Positions 37,327-50,149 of a stretch of DNA of 64,000 bases are shown here, piece after piece. The notes below the pieces were generated by a model. It did no database searches and was not told the DNA's origin. It saw only the letters and a list, made by a program, of their open reading frames with translations. The DNA lies in NCBI GenBank assembly GCA_050230475.1, contig JBFLGF010000178.1:1-64000 (forward strand). The letters run 5' to 3'. The translations under genes were made by a program, and so were the position numbers. Each line of letters begins with the position of its first letter. Positions within the stretch are counted from its first letter, which is position 1. The DNA is from Ancylonema sp. Taxonomy: Eukaryota.

Positions 37327-40300
37327 ATTCTACAGATGTTACTTCGTAGCAAATATTGATGATAGTGGACTCCGTGATTTTTACGGCGTACTCGTAGTTA
37401 TTGTGAGACTCCTCGGAAGTTCGTCTTCAGATGATGTCCGTCTTCAGATTTCTCAGGATAGTATCAGAAGTATCGGTGGCAGGAGTTCTAGCTAGCCGAC
37501 ATGGCAGCATCTGGACATGTGGTCCTAACACAGACGAAGCCAGACAGTCGTGGCAGCGCGTCTGGTGTGCTGGCACAGCGTAGTTGGTGTAAACACGCTC
37601 TAGAATCGCGCGAAGGGGGTGCATGCTGCAGTGTGTGTACGGTGAGGCGCTGGTTAACCGCTCTACACACTACCCGGACTTAAAAATTGCTCCGATAAAC
37701 GGGAGACCGACAGGCACGTGATTCCAATGACGGTAGGAAAGCCGGTAGGAATCCCACCCCGGGGGTCAGGTACCGTACGGATCAAAGCAAATATTGGTCA
37801 TCGGTACAGAACGGGCCATTTTCATTGATTTCGAGAGAGTTGACGACTCCTGTGGATACTACCGCAAGATTGTAAAATCTTGCGGTAAAACCGATCGTTG
37901 TACTTCCTGACGTCACATATGAGTAACATATAAAGTTCTGAAATTTTTGACGAAGAGAGTCCATATCGATCTCTGGATATAGGCCCCATATACCATGTAA
38001 CTTGCTTGTAAACTGGTCGTTATGTACATATATTTTAATGCTAAACCAACAATTTGAGACGGAAATTGTGATGCATCATTAAGATACATCGGATTTAAGC
38101 TTGTCTACTCTTCCGCAGAGGTGTATTTGTTACTTGACGAGATGCTTGTCAAAAGTGGAGCCTTTTACTAGTTTGTGGGATGTCAAATGTAAACCAATGT
38201 ATTCGTAAAAATCATGAACTGGCAATTTCGATTGCTAGTATTCATTGATGTATGCCTCTAACCATGAATCGGTTTCTAAACGATAAATGAAGATAAATAG
38301 ATATAACTATTTATATGTTTATCAGCTAAAATTTTGACCATTTTTCTTCAATATAAGCGTGTACACCGTCGATGGTACCTGTCAAGATGCTATACACTCG
38401 AACCCCGATGTAAGAAACCCAAAAATGTTGGGGGAAAAGTTTATTCGGGTTCCTCAATCCAGATTTTAAACGTAGAACATTATGTTGTGGAATTTTTTGT
38501 AGAGCGATTGTTTAGTATATCTATGACTTACAATATATAATTTACTATACAAGTAACGCGAATCGGTTCATGCGAGGAGTGTCGGTAGGCATGGCAAGTG
38601 TATCTGTTGTTGAAGTGATATGCCGAGATTTTTCGTGCACTCTTTTTTTATTTCAAGTCGTAGTTGAAGTGCCGATATAAAAGTTGTACATGTAATTGCG
38701 TTCTTCCTATCGAGAGTGAGATGATTGAGGCAAGAATCGTTAAAAAAACCCGCCATGACTATCGGTTTTTTTGAAGTGAGTATCTTGCTGAAACAATAAC
38801 GGCAAATGCTTATCATTAGTTATTAAAGGTTGTATCGTGTAAGTTGTTTGTTGAAGGTCAATAACCGGACACAACATTATTCGGACTATCGATGTTTTTA
38901 TATCGGTAGTTCCTTCTATTTTTATATAAAGGGGTCGAAAATCCTTGATGCTCGACCTACACGAAAATGCATTTAGCTAGATAGGAACATGTATAGACGT
39001 CGGCTCGTGCCCGATTCAGCTAATAATATGCTTCTTTCCCAAAAATCATGTCTATGTTGCAGATTTTATCTTTTAATTACACGTCGTGTGTTTCTGAGTA
39101 GAGAGGTATTACTTTTTAAAAAAATGGATTTACGGATAACCGTCACAGACTAGTTAGAGGTACCTGCATCAAGTATCTTAGTTTATCACAATAGCGCCAT
39201 CAGTGAGAGCGCCATCGGTGAGCAGACCAACCGAGTTGAATAAGTACCTCGATCCTAACGACGCCGTTGGCGGATAAATCTTCAGACGATATGGAATTCA
39301 GTCACTTTTCTGTCTCCATTCGATAGCCTAATAAGATCAGACCTCCGAATACGAGGCTGTATCTACCTCCTACCTACATCCAAAATACTCAGGGTATGAT
39401 GCGTTGTTGACGTGCGACTCGCACGTCGTACGGTAATCTAGATGGATAGTAAAATAAAGCGATTTCAATCATTGGTTATGCTATCGAGATGTCGAATACG
39501 AGGTAGGATCGCGAAAGCTCCGAATGCCGAATCAAAGACCGTACCAAAATCTGGACGATAGTATGAATAGTAAAACTATACTGATGTCGATTGCGACGAG
39601 GTTTTTCACAAAAATTGACATGCAACCCACATATAGTTTGCCTACGGTCATGATTATATGTATAGTATCATATACAACAAAACAATTGATGTCCACTTCA
39701 ACGCACTTTTGAGGGTGATGTGGCGTAATATGCGTATTTAGCGAACGATGACTTAAGAGTATTGTGTGTGATGTGCAACCTTTTGATATTTAGTGATGCC
39801 TCGCGTCCCGATTCAAGAGTTGAATGGATGCTACAATCGGGAGGAAAACTATAGTTGACCGCATATAAAAATCAAAATAATGTTGGTTTTGCAAACATTA
39901 TGTGATGTGGGATACTTTTATGAACTAAGTGTGTCTTTTTGGCCTTCAGTGTAATTAAAAGTATTTAAAGTATGTGGTGTTCCCCTGTTAAAAAAAAATC
40001 TCCTTATACCGCACACAAGAAGATTTCCGGTCACAAAAAAACAAAATAAAACAAATACTAGCAAGGCTCTTCGATGATTCAACTCGCGTTTGTTGCAATA
40101 AATTACAACTTGGTGGATGGAATATCGCTCGGATTTAAGCCGATGAAAAAACTATCAACATAGCAACATCTTACATGTTAATGATACATAATGTCTCATA
40201 TGCTATAAAAACATAGTTCAAAGCCTTACGGCTCTTGGTTAAGGTCCTTCACGTCTTTATTTGTTGAGTTTTTGAATAAAACAGGCATTTTTTTGTAACG

Positions 40301-41862
40301 GTGACCTTCGGTTTTTATTGTTGCACTTCAAAATATCGACCAATAATGCTGGATTACCACTCGTTTAGAAACCAAATCAACAGTAATCTTACATCGATGT
40401 TCTTTCATGAAAATGCTTTCCAAAGTTATCGATGTTTGTGTGGTTCACACTAAACCCCTCGTATATCCCATATCAATCCAAGATGTGCTAATAGCGTTTT
40501 TGAAAAACATAACTAGAAACCTCGCTCTTTACTTGACATCCTCTAATAACCTGGACGTGATGTGAAATAAAAATCGATTAAATATTTCATATCTTTCCGA
40601 ACACCCTCAGCCAACAAATTCAGCCAACACGTGCATGCACGTGTATCAGCTTTGCGTGATCTGATTTTATTTATCAAAATGTTTGAATCATGGCCAATTC
40701 CCAATGCGAGCTTTGTTGACTTTCAAAGAAAGTTGAATTTTGTACCAAGCGGACGTATGATAAAATCGGTATACGGATCTACCATTTTTTGGGGGGCCTA
40801 AAGACGGAAATGACTATATTCAGTGGATGTCAACTACTCGCCGAGTTGCACGGATATTCTGTTTAATTTATCTGCATGACGCGAAATTCGTACTACGCAA
40901 CAATGAGTCTAACAATACTAGAGACATATATTACTATATTTATGTAATTGTCATCGACTATATTTTAATGCCAATTTGTTTTCGGAAAATGATATTCAGC
41001 ACAAGCCGGCAAGCATATTCTTTGCCGGCTGAAAGTGAAAAATACGAAGGTCACCGGTTTCTTATTTCACGCTTCCGGCCGGTTGTTGGGGCACATCCCT
41101 GCATTTGTTCTGTTTAGAGCGTGCCTATATCAGGAACCGTAACTGGAGGCTGGACTTGAATGAATAAATTTTAGTTACGTGTAACAAAGTCTCACTTCAG
41201 GTTACCTTGCCAGATTAACGTTCGAAGGTGAACCTGAAACCTGAAACCGGTGGTAGAAACATGACGTGTTCATACCGACACATTCCCAGCATGGGATGGA
41301 TCGCGAATAATGTACTGCTGCCTTGTTATAACGATAAAAAAAAATGATTCGAGAATATTTTCACGGAGAGGTGTTTTTTCTGGGTTTAGTGAAAAGGTGT
41401 CCTACAGTTCATGCAGAAAGTGATTATCTCACTCGAGAGACCAGCGGCGGGACGGCGACACCAGTCTTTTCGAAAATTGGTGTATTCGTTTTGGTCTTGT
41501 GTTTTCGTCGCTAATTACTGATGCTGGAATCTGCAAGATAATCGTATCATGGCTGGAGGTGAAGAAATTAGAATCGGAGTATTTCAGTCGCGGAATATAA
41601 CAGCAAGCATCCTTTTTCTACAATATTGGGAATACACGTTGGAAAGTTCGCGTTTTGGATTCTCCCTACTGATAATGTGTTCTGTCGTAGAATTGTTACA
41701 GTAACCAGCTAGAATTTGAAAGCTGAAAGTTTGTGTGATTCTATTAAGATCCCTGTGCTAGCCACTGAACTGGCATGCTTTTTAACCCCCCAATGATTTA
41801 TGACATACATAGCGACGTTGAGCTAACATGTTTTGTTTTTTTGCGTCTGTTTCAGACGCAAC

Positions 41863-42234
41863 ATGGAGAAGTTTCGGTGTCGGTTCCAGTTCATTTTACT
41901 TATCGCTACTTTGTACGCCATATTAACCTGCATATCACATCCGGTAGCCACGCATAATGGAGGCTCTCCAGATCATTATGGAGCATACATGGAGCACGGG
42001 AGGAGTCATCAAGACGTGAAAGCCGCGGTGCAAGAAGGCTTGACGGTCAATCAGGACCAGGATTTGAAGCATTATATTTCGGACCTCTCTATCAAGGTAG
42101 ACACTCTAGTAGAGATCCTAAAGCAAAGTGAGAAAGAGTGGGCGAGGAGGGAGCACGACTGGAAGGACACGAAAGGGTGGATCCTCGTGCTTCTTGTATT
42201 GATTTGGTTTGTCAACATGATACGCATGAACTGA
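41863..42234 (+). CDS. Hypothetical small protein: signal peptide, coiled coil, C-terminal transmembrane helix
   Basis: ATG follows a splice-acceptor-like TTTCAG. Hydrophobic N-terminus (FILLIATLYAIL) and C-terminus (WILVLLVLIWFV). No family recognised. Confidence 0.45.
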   Translation: MEKFRCRFQFILLIATLYAILTCISHPVATHNGGSPDHYGAYMEHGRSHQDVKAAVQEGLTVNQDQDLKHYISDLSIKVDTLVEILKQSEKEWARREHDWKDTKGWILVLLVLIWFVNMIRMN

Positions 42235-44144
42235 TCTGATGGTTATTAGTATGTCAATGATGAGCTGGTATCTTTGTGATAGATTAAGGTTGTACATCAC
42301 ACATTCAGATCGCAACACTGTTGTTTGAATACGAATATACTGGTCTAGATAGATAGACAGCTTCCAATCATTTCTCATCACCCACTATTGAGATAGGGGT
42401 TTTCAATGTGTAATGAGCTACATGCGCTCGAATCCTGGATGTTGGAGAAACTATAGGTTCGGCTCATCCGTCGACCATTTTTTTGATAATTATTTTTTTA
42501 TTTCGTTCGATATGTTTACATATTCACAAAATGAAGAAATGGAAACCCCAAAACCCTATAATTCGCCAACACAACTATTCATGGTTATGAGTGATATACG
42601 CATATATCAATTATCGCGTACATGTATATTCTTTAATAGACCAACAACATTCGTCTCAACTTTATATATGTAGTATAATGTTATTATCTTCACTTCGTAA
42701 ACCCGAATTGGCGTAGAAGATAATGTATAAACAAATGATTGGAACATTCTGTTTCGGAAACGATGGAACATTTCGAATGGCTCATATCAAGAGTCATGAA
42801 ATAAAGCATTTTTTGTGTTTGTAATATTTTTTTAGTATTCAAATCATAGTAAATGTGAAAGTCAATATCAGTGTATTAAATTTCATCAATTTCATCAATT
42901 CAGTCTCGCGTAATGGCACCGATTTCAAGAAAGATTATAGGCTAGAATTATCGTTGTTTCGATTGTTGCAAATATGTAGTGGACAAGAAATGTTTGTAGT
43001 TGGAATTCGTTTTTTGTTTTTTAATTTATGTACCCGCATAGGAATCGGCCCGCTATCGTCGACTGTATTGGAAAATATAGCTTTTTGTATTGGGACTCAC
43101 GCGAGTGAGTATTTTTCAATGTATCCCGAATTTGTGCGTTGTTTGTTGCCAATTAAAGTTTCCATTTTTTTGAACGACGACTTCAATCACGGACTTCCTC
43201 CGAATTCGTATATTGAAAGTTGGATTGCCTCGAAATCACCAATATCATATATTTGTTGTCATGGTGCAAAACGGAAAAGATGTTGTCGAGTCTACAATTT
43301 CGTTCCCAACGACTACGTTGACCAACTCTTCCGCCTTCTTCAAGTTGACCTACGTATTCAATTTCAGGACTTATTCAACATGAATACGTCATATACGTGT
43401 TGGTGATAGTACGAAAATGAGCGTGCATCTTTTGCAGGGATTAACTTTTACGTAAAGAGGGTGACTCTATTATTAGCAAAGCAAATGTGACAAGTGACGC
43501 TCACAATTGAACGCACGGACGTAAGAGGTTCAAATGGAAGTTAAATTTTAGTTGAAACCATGGATCCCACGAATGACTATGCACTACTTGTTTCTTATGC
43601 AAAGGTGGCCGAGCCACGGCTATTTTTTATTAGGCGTGAGCCACACATGGTTTTCGTACACGTAAGTTGCCGGACCACAACTTCATATTAGGTAGCGTGA
43701 GCCACTTAGTGTTTGCGTACACGTAAATGGTACACGTAAATGGTTGGACCACAGATTCTTATCAGGTTGTCTAAGCTACAAGGATCGTGAAGTGATGTGT
43801 GCGTGGATATCAAGTATAATTGTACGTTGAGAGCGATGATGAATTTTTGACAACATCCATTTAAGACAAAATCACGCAACTGTTGAGATGTAATTGTAAT
43901 TGCAATCGTAGTTTTTCGTTGGTTAATTCTAGGGGATATTTCGGGACACCTTTTGCTTCGCAACATTTCTTTAGTACGGGATATTTTCATGTGCGGACCT
44001 TTTAGCGGGGAGCATAATATCGATAGGAATGATTCTCATTGGTCCGCGTACGAGGTCTAGTCACTATAGATAGACTGGACGGGAGCACACCCGGGATGAC
44101 TAGATGGGACGATAAGTTGACTAGAGTTGGCGGCGCCGCAACCT

Positions 44145-45299
44145 TGTCATGACGCTAAAGATCGCTAAGGCGAAACCCCTCTAGATTGATCAGGAACCCC
44201 TCCAGATCGATACTCTGGTATAACGAGAGTATTCGATACAACGATTTTATAGAACTAGTACTTTACAAGAAAAATAGTGAAGTACGAAATTTGTACGACT
44301 CGAAAATAACGCGTGGCGTATTTTCCGAAGTCTAGAATCCAGCAGTCTTCAACAAATAGCTGCGTGTCGGTTTTGTTGAAATCACAAGTCTCTTTCGACT
44401 TGTCAATAATCCCGGCAAATAAATTCAGTCGTAGAACTAGAGGAATATCTTGCGCCGTTTGCATCGGAGCGCCCATATTAATTGTAATGTTCTAGAAGCC
44501 AGCCTGTCGCTATCTTCGACACTTTAACTCTAGTTGACTCTGCCGGTAAGCACCGTGCAACAACTTTGTGATAAAAGTCAAATTGTACTTTCAGATCTGC
44601 CAGCTTACGCAGTCAGATTGCGTTGTTAAGAAATCCCTTCCAACAATCTTTTGTGTTATCTGAATCCTTCCAATTCTATGAATATTGCATCCCTTCGCAT
44701 ACGCGACTTCGCAACGTGCTCGTCTTTCGTCTCAGCCTGACATCCGTCATCCAGACGGTAAGTTTGCAAATCATTCTTTGCAATCTGTGTGTGTGTGTAT
44801 TTGATCTGATTCATCTGAATCTCTTGGTGACGCTCTTTTTGAGCCAGTTTGTGTATCGACTGTAATTTATTACATCGCTTCGCTGACGCTCTCTCTGAGC
44901 CAGCAAGCGTGCGTGTGTGTGTTAAACATCTGTCGATTTGCCTGAGTTCGCTCCGAACCGGCAATTTCATTTGTGTGGGTGTGTGTGTTTGTTGTCGCTT
45001 GCTCCGAGCCAGCATTTGTTGTTAACACCTGTCTGCTGACGCTCTTTCTGAGCCAGCATCTTTTATCGACGCGCCGTCGATACTTTGCTTTCGCACCGAA
45101 AGTAACTCTTACGGCTGTTAACCTTGATAGTCTGCTCTAGACGGTCTTGTTTGTTTTGTAGTATTTTCACAAACTTTTGTACTATAAACCATCTATTAGC
45201 TCGCCCTCGGCGTTAAGTAGTGAATTTCACCGGACCGCTGAGACGTGTGATAGATATAATATTGATATCTGAGCAGAGACTCAATCTGCAATACTACTT
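44145..45299 (+). repeat. Long repeat L1 of element 2
   Basis: Direct copy of 52237-53370. Confidence 0.94.
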
Positions 45300-45956
45300 C
45301 AATCCGACCGCGGAAGCTCTTGATTTCGATAGTTTAAAGTCAGAAACGGTAAATTGCCTCGATGTTTTTTTTTTTTTTTTTTTTTTTATTATAGATTACT
45401 TTTCTTATACTTTTTTGTATTCGATGTGCTCGCAAGAGTAGTGCATGCAGTGGTCACGAGATAGTAGAGGGAGATTGACCAAACTGGAGATAACTAAATC
45501 TGTTGAAATTGTCGATCGACCAGCTGCACCAGCTGTCGACAATAACTGTTCACGATCACCGGACATTGATATAGTTAATATCGAATCACCAGCTGCACCA
45601 GCTGTTGATATCTATATTCATACTGATATTGACAATCCAGTTGCACCAGCTGTCAATATCTCGGCATATCATTTGCCTACCACTCTTCTCGATAACGATT
45701 CTACAACCCAAGTAGAATTAAAATTTGAACCCAACAAATTGATACGTTCTACATCTGAACCAGAACATTCTTTGGAACGCCTACCTACAGGCTCCATTAA
45801 CATGAAACCTGTTTTGATTATTGACACAGACGACCACATCGTCGATACCACAGCACCTGTGGCTGGACCATCGACCACTGTTCCCACTACAACGCCACCA
45901 ACGCTGCAACAACATCCATTTATCGACACAAGATAAAAGGTGGGACAGACTCTACC

Positions 45957-47272
45957 ATGGCAAACCCAACGCCATTACTAACATATACTGGAGAAATTGG
46001 TGTCAAACAAGACGAGTTCATCGATAGTTTGAGACAGTTAGACCGAACTCAACAACGCGCACAACGTATGGGGCATGTTACAGTGGGACTTGAAGCTCAT
46101 CGAGAATGGCAACAGTTTGTACGTGACAACCGTGGTACTACTACTACGGAAGATATTCGTACGTGACAGTTTGTACCGTGGTACTACTACTACGGAAGAT
46201 ATTCGAGATATGTACCGTGAACATACTTCCAATGTTGCATATTATCGTCTGCAAGGTAGACTGGATGGACAACATGCACCGATCAAACCCACAGTATCGG
46301 CAGCAAAACCAACAGAACTAGAACTGTTCATCACTACCATAAAAAATCGTTTTCGAACTTCAGCTGTAGAATTTGTCACTCAGATTGAAACATTCTCAGC
46401 ACGACACAGTGACAGCGTTGCAACCACATTTGCACGTTTTAACGAACCAACAACAATTGTTCAAGAGGCAGGAGCCATGATAGAAGAACAACCGGCTAGG
46501 AGGTATCTACCACATATTCCTCTACCACTACAACCTTATATCGACGACTGGTATTTCCGTGAATCAAAGGAAAGGTACTACAAGAATCCACCGGATCCTC
46601 CTATTACACGGAAGGAGATTATGGAGAAAGCCAACAAGGCTGAATTACTACGTATGAAACAAGATGCTGAGAACCGAGCAGCTGGGATCACTAGATCTCC
46701 TAAACTACCTTCATACACTCCATCTACTCCATACAATGCTCCTAAACCAACAGGAGTATTGACACCACGTCAGGATAACAGCATGGAATGCTACAACTGT
46801 CATCAGACCGGACACCTTTCGCGTGACTGTCCTGCGCCAAGGAAACAGAACAACTTCTAGTCATCAGGTTACCAGTCTGATACACCTTCCAAAACCAATC
46901 AACCCTCAGGATCACAGTTTAAGGGAGGCGCGTACGGTACTGAAAAACATACAAACTTTTAAACCACGACCTCGCCAGTTTGATGCAAAACAGTACACCG
47001 CTGATGCATTCTGTGAATATTGCAAAGGGAAACACCACACCCGAGAACAATGTCAGAAACTTGCCAAGGCACAGAACTTACTAACTCTCAGTACACCACC
47101 CAGTGCAGATACTCAACCTAAACAAATTGGGTGGAAGACTCCTGAGACGCAGACAAGTTACTTGGCTATGCAAGTAGACGACTTGGCACGCCAACGAGAA
47201 TTCGAAAACATGTCGCACCAGACAACGGACTCTGAGGTAATTGACCATACCATTCCATGTGTCAATACCTAA
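45957..47272 (+). pseudogene. Gag of element 2 with two zinc knuckles (frameshifted)
   Basis: CYNCHQTGHLSRDC and CEYCKGKHHTREQC. A short duplication at about 46110-46205 shifts the frame. Confidence 0.82.
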
Positions 47273-47436
47273 TGTCCACCAGACGTTCACCACGGGTGGC
47301 TGCGAAATAGAAGAACAAACAAGCGGCAATCTAGAAACAGACTAAATTTTATGTTCCTGTAATCACTCTTAGCTCTGATGCAGTCTCACCATCTGAATCC
47401 ACCACATATTATCACACTCCACCTGTTGATACACCT

Positions 47437-48651
47437 GTGACTGAAACGCAAGTGCCTCCCTTGCCAGAAACTCTACCAGTTCATTATCAATCTGATCCTG
47501 AACCAAGTAGTTCAACCACTCCATACCCGGAGCCTCATCCAGAAACATTGCTAGAACAACGAACAAGAGAGGGGGAGGATTACGGTCGCAGACAGGGATA
47601 CAGTACAAAGATGCCAGACTCATTTGTACCTGATTTTCCTGACATTTTGGAAGCTGGCACTACAAACATGAACCAGTTCCATGATACTGCTCCTCCTCCA
47701 CCCATGCCTTTACCTGAGGCACAAGCTCTTCGTGACATGCTTCATGACCATGTCAATGTTTTGCGTGCACAACTGCAGATCGCAGAAAAGGCACGTGACA
47801 ACGCGGCTGCACTTGTCAGCTCCATGCAACCTGCAGCCCAATACACCACCAGTCAGGATTTCAAAACTTCCTCACCACACAACTCTCAGGACACCAAATA
47901 TGGTATTGCACTCCTTTGCAACAACCGTGGGGTGTTAACCATCATGAATGAGAAACCAAACAAGGTGGTACTAGACACTGGTGCCATCAAAACCATGATT
48001 GGCAGAATCATGGCATCTAAACTTGGAATCACACCAAACATGTTGAAACCTGGAACACCATATATCACCGCATCTGGTGCTCAAGAAATCAGTCTCGGTT
48101 CAACCAAGGAAAAAATTCCAATTACCATTGGCAGAGGCACACCCAACCCAACCACAATCATTTATATGGAACTCCACATGTCTCCGTCCAGAAAATTTGA
48201 TGTCAAACTGGGTTATGAAATTCTTGGACCAATTGGTGGATACTCTGACCCCTGGCAACACCTATTCTTTTTTAGGGCAGATTGGGAAAGGGGTGGGTTA
48301 TGCCTAGCATCTTTGCCACTCACAGTTCGACATCAATCCAACAAACTAGAAGTGTATATGACACACAGTGCTTCACCATCTCTGACCCTCACATCTAGGG
48401 ATCGTGCTGCAACTCTCCAACAGAAGGAGAAGAAGGCCAAAGCAGACCACTCTGCCAGAGACAATGAATTTGCACGTGTCAGCCCACGCCGTTCCATTCA
48501 ATTCGGCTCCCAACCTGAGGAGGCCGTCTTGCCTACCTTACCACCGGTCAAAGTGGTAGCAGGTGATTATGAGGATAACTATCCCCCTACACCTGGCTCC
48601 AAACGCATCGACCCTCCACCTGAGTTCACAACGGATTATGGGGAAATATAA
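47437..48651 (+). CDS. Retropepsin protease-containing ORF of element 2
   Basis: VVLDTGAIKTMIG, FDVKLGYEILGPIGGYSDPW. Confidence 0.85.
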   Translation: MTETQVPPLPETLPVHYQSDPEPSSSTTPYPEPHPETLLEQRTREGEDYGRRQGYSTKMPDSFVPDFPDILEAGTTNMNQFHDTAPPPPMPLPEAQALRDMLHDHVNVLRAQLQIAEKARDNAAALVSSMQPAAQYTTSQDFKTSSPHNSQDTKYGIALLCNNRGVLTIMNEKPNKVVLDTGAIKTMIGRIMASKLGITPNMLKPGTPYITASGAQEISLGSTKEKIPITIGRGTPNPTTIIYMELHMSPSRKFDVKLGYEILGPIGGYSDPWQHLFFFRADWERGGLCLASLPLTVRHQSNKLEVYMTHSASPSLTLTSRDRAATLQQKEKKAKADHSARDNEFARVSPRRSIQFGSQPEEAVLPTLPPVKVVAGDYEDNYPPTPGSKRIDPPPEFTTDYGEI

Positions 48652-49030
48652 GAAACTACGGATACAGCTCACCAAACACTAGTACGCAATCGACTGTATG
48701 CTGAAATCGAAGACAAAATCAAGCGCAAGTGCATTCCGGAGGCACTTGAACAAGCAAAGTTTATAGCTTTCAACCAACCCATCTCATCTCGCAGCAATGT
48801 GTGTCAAACATTCTTTCGCGCTGCTGGATTTGAAGATGCTCATACTCCCATGGAATTAGATACCTCAACCATTCCATCCTCAAACATTCCAACCAATCCT
48901 ACATCACCTCAATATTCTCTACCTGCTCCTCACACTCAGTTCCTCAACCATTCCTTTTGATACAGACCTCTCTCGAGCTGACAACAACACCTTCGAACCA
49001 AATGAGCTACACGAGCTCACTGAAGACGAA

Positions 49031-50056
49031 TTGCGAAACCGATACCACGCTATGATATCGCAACATAATTGTTTCAAGCAGTCGTCTTCAAAGCGGCCAA
49101 AACAGAGGCAGAGGCAACGATTACACGCAGAATATCACAACTCATCAAGGAACAAAAATCGGTGCTTCTTTGCAAAGGATGTGCAAGCAGATTTCGACAT
49201 CGCCGCAGCTCGGGAGGAAGAAAAGAGAAAATGGATTCAGCAGTATGATCTTCTGGTAGACAAACTCCATTCCGCTTTGGAAGACAAGATGCAGGACTTG
49301 GCAGCTGCTCGTCAAGAACAAAGGCTACAAATGGAGATCGGAAAAAATGTGTTGCGCGGCGAGAAGTCAGCACCAATTCCCATTTCCCCACCTACCAATT
49401 CCGCACCCTCAACATCCCGCAGTCCTGCGACTTCTCCTGCTGCCAGCACCCCTACACAACCAGGGGGTGATACCATGGACACCTCGGAGGCCATTAAATC
49501 TTCTACAACTGCTGCGCGCAAACGGGAGGCGTATCCCACTCACCCCATTTCCCCGAGTGAAGCACGTCCCGCCAACCGACAGCGCATGCAGTCGGCCTCA
49601 CCAGCCGCGGCACCCCATCGAGTAGAGACCTACCTGATGGATAGTCGGCGGTCTACACCTACAACTCCCACCTCTTCATCCCATTTACCCACTGCTGAGG
49701 ACCCGGGACAATCCATCGTCAAGGCGATGGAGAAGGAAGCTGTGAAGAACAAACCACTCGGTGCTTACGCATACGTGCACGATCCCAGAGATAAAACCGA
49801 CGTTGCTCAACGACTGGCACGCACAAATACCAGTGTGTCAGATTTTACCTTCCAACAACCATTCGTTCGACCGGCTATGGCGCATCTCCTCAACATGGGC
49901 GCCATCCCGAAGGCCTTCTCCGGAGCTGATCGCAGCAAATTGGCAGATTCCATCTACGTCACCGGAGATCTTGCATTACGGAGACGCTCACTACCAGACC
50001 ATCAGGCAAAATGGCCAAATTCATCTTCGAGAGGCACACCTCAAAATGCTACATGA
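49031..50056 (+). CDS. Coiled-coil and S/T/P-rich linker segment of the element 2 polyprotein
   Basis: 341-codon ORF between PR and the pseudo-DNMT. No domain recognised. Confidence 0.5.
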   Translation: MRNRYHAMISQHNCFKQSSSKRPKQRQRQRLHAEYHNSSRNKNRCFFAKDVQADFDIAAAREEEKRKWIQQYDLLVDKLHSALEDKMQDLAAARQEQRLQMEIGKNVLRGEKSAPIPISPPTNSAPSTSRSPATSPAASTPTQPGGDTMDTSEAIKSSTTAARKREAYPTHPISPSEARPANRQRMQSASPAAAPHRVETYLMDSRRSTPTTPTSSSHLPTAEDPGQSIVKAMEKEAVKNKPLGAYAYVHDPRDKTDVAQRLARTNTSVSDFTFQQPFVRPAMAHLLNMGAIPKAFSGADRSKLADSIYVTGDLALRRRSLPDHQAKWPNSSSRGTPQNAT

Positions 50057-50149
50057 CTACCAACCAATCCCACCATCCATCAAATGGTGTGGTCCTACAT
50101 TTCAAGGTGCATACGAACTACCTCGCACCATCATTTCCACGCAACCAGC

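Noticed and set aside
42855..43406. 183-codon ORF
   Set aside because: GTG start, AT-rich, no recognisable motif; likely a chance ORF or decayed repeat.
44255..45015. Short ORFs repeated within the long repeats (also 578-882, 8062-8527, 52325-53162)
   Set aside because: Frames are not conserved among the four L copies; non-coding repeat sequence.
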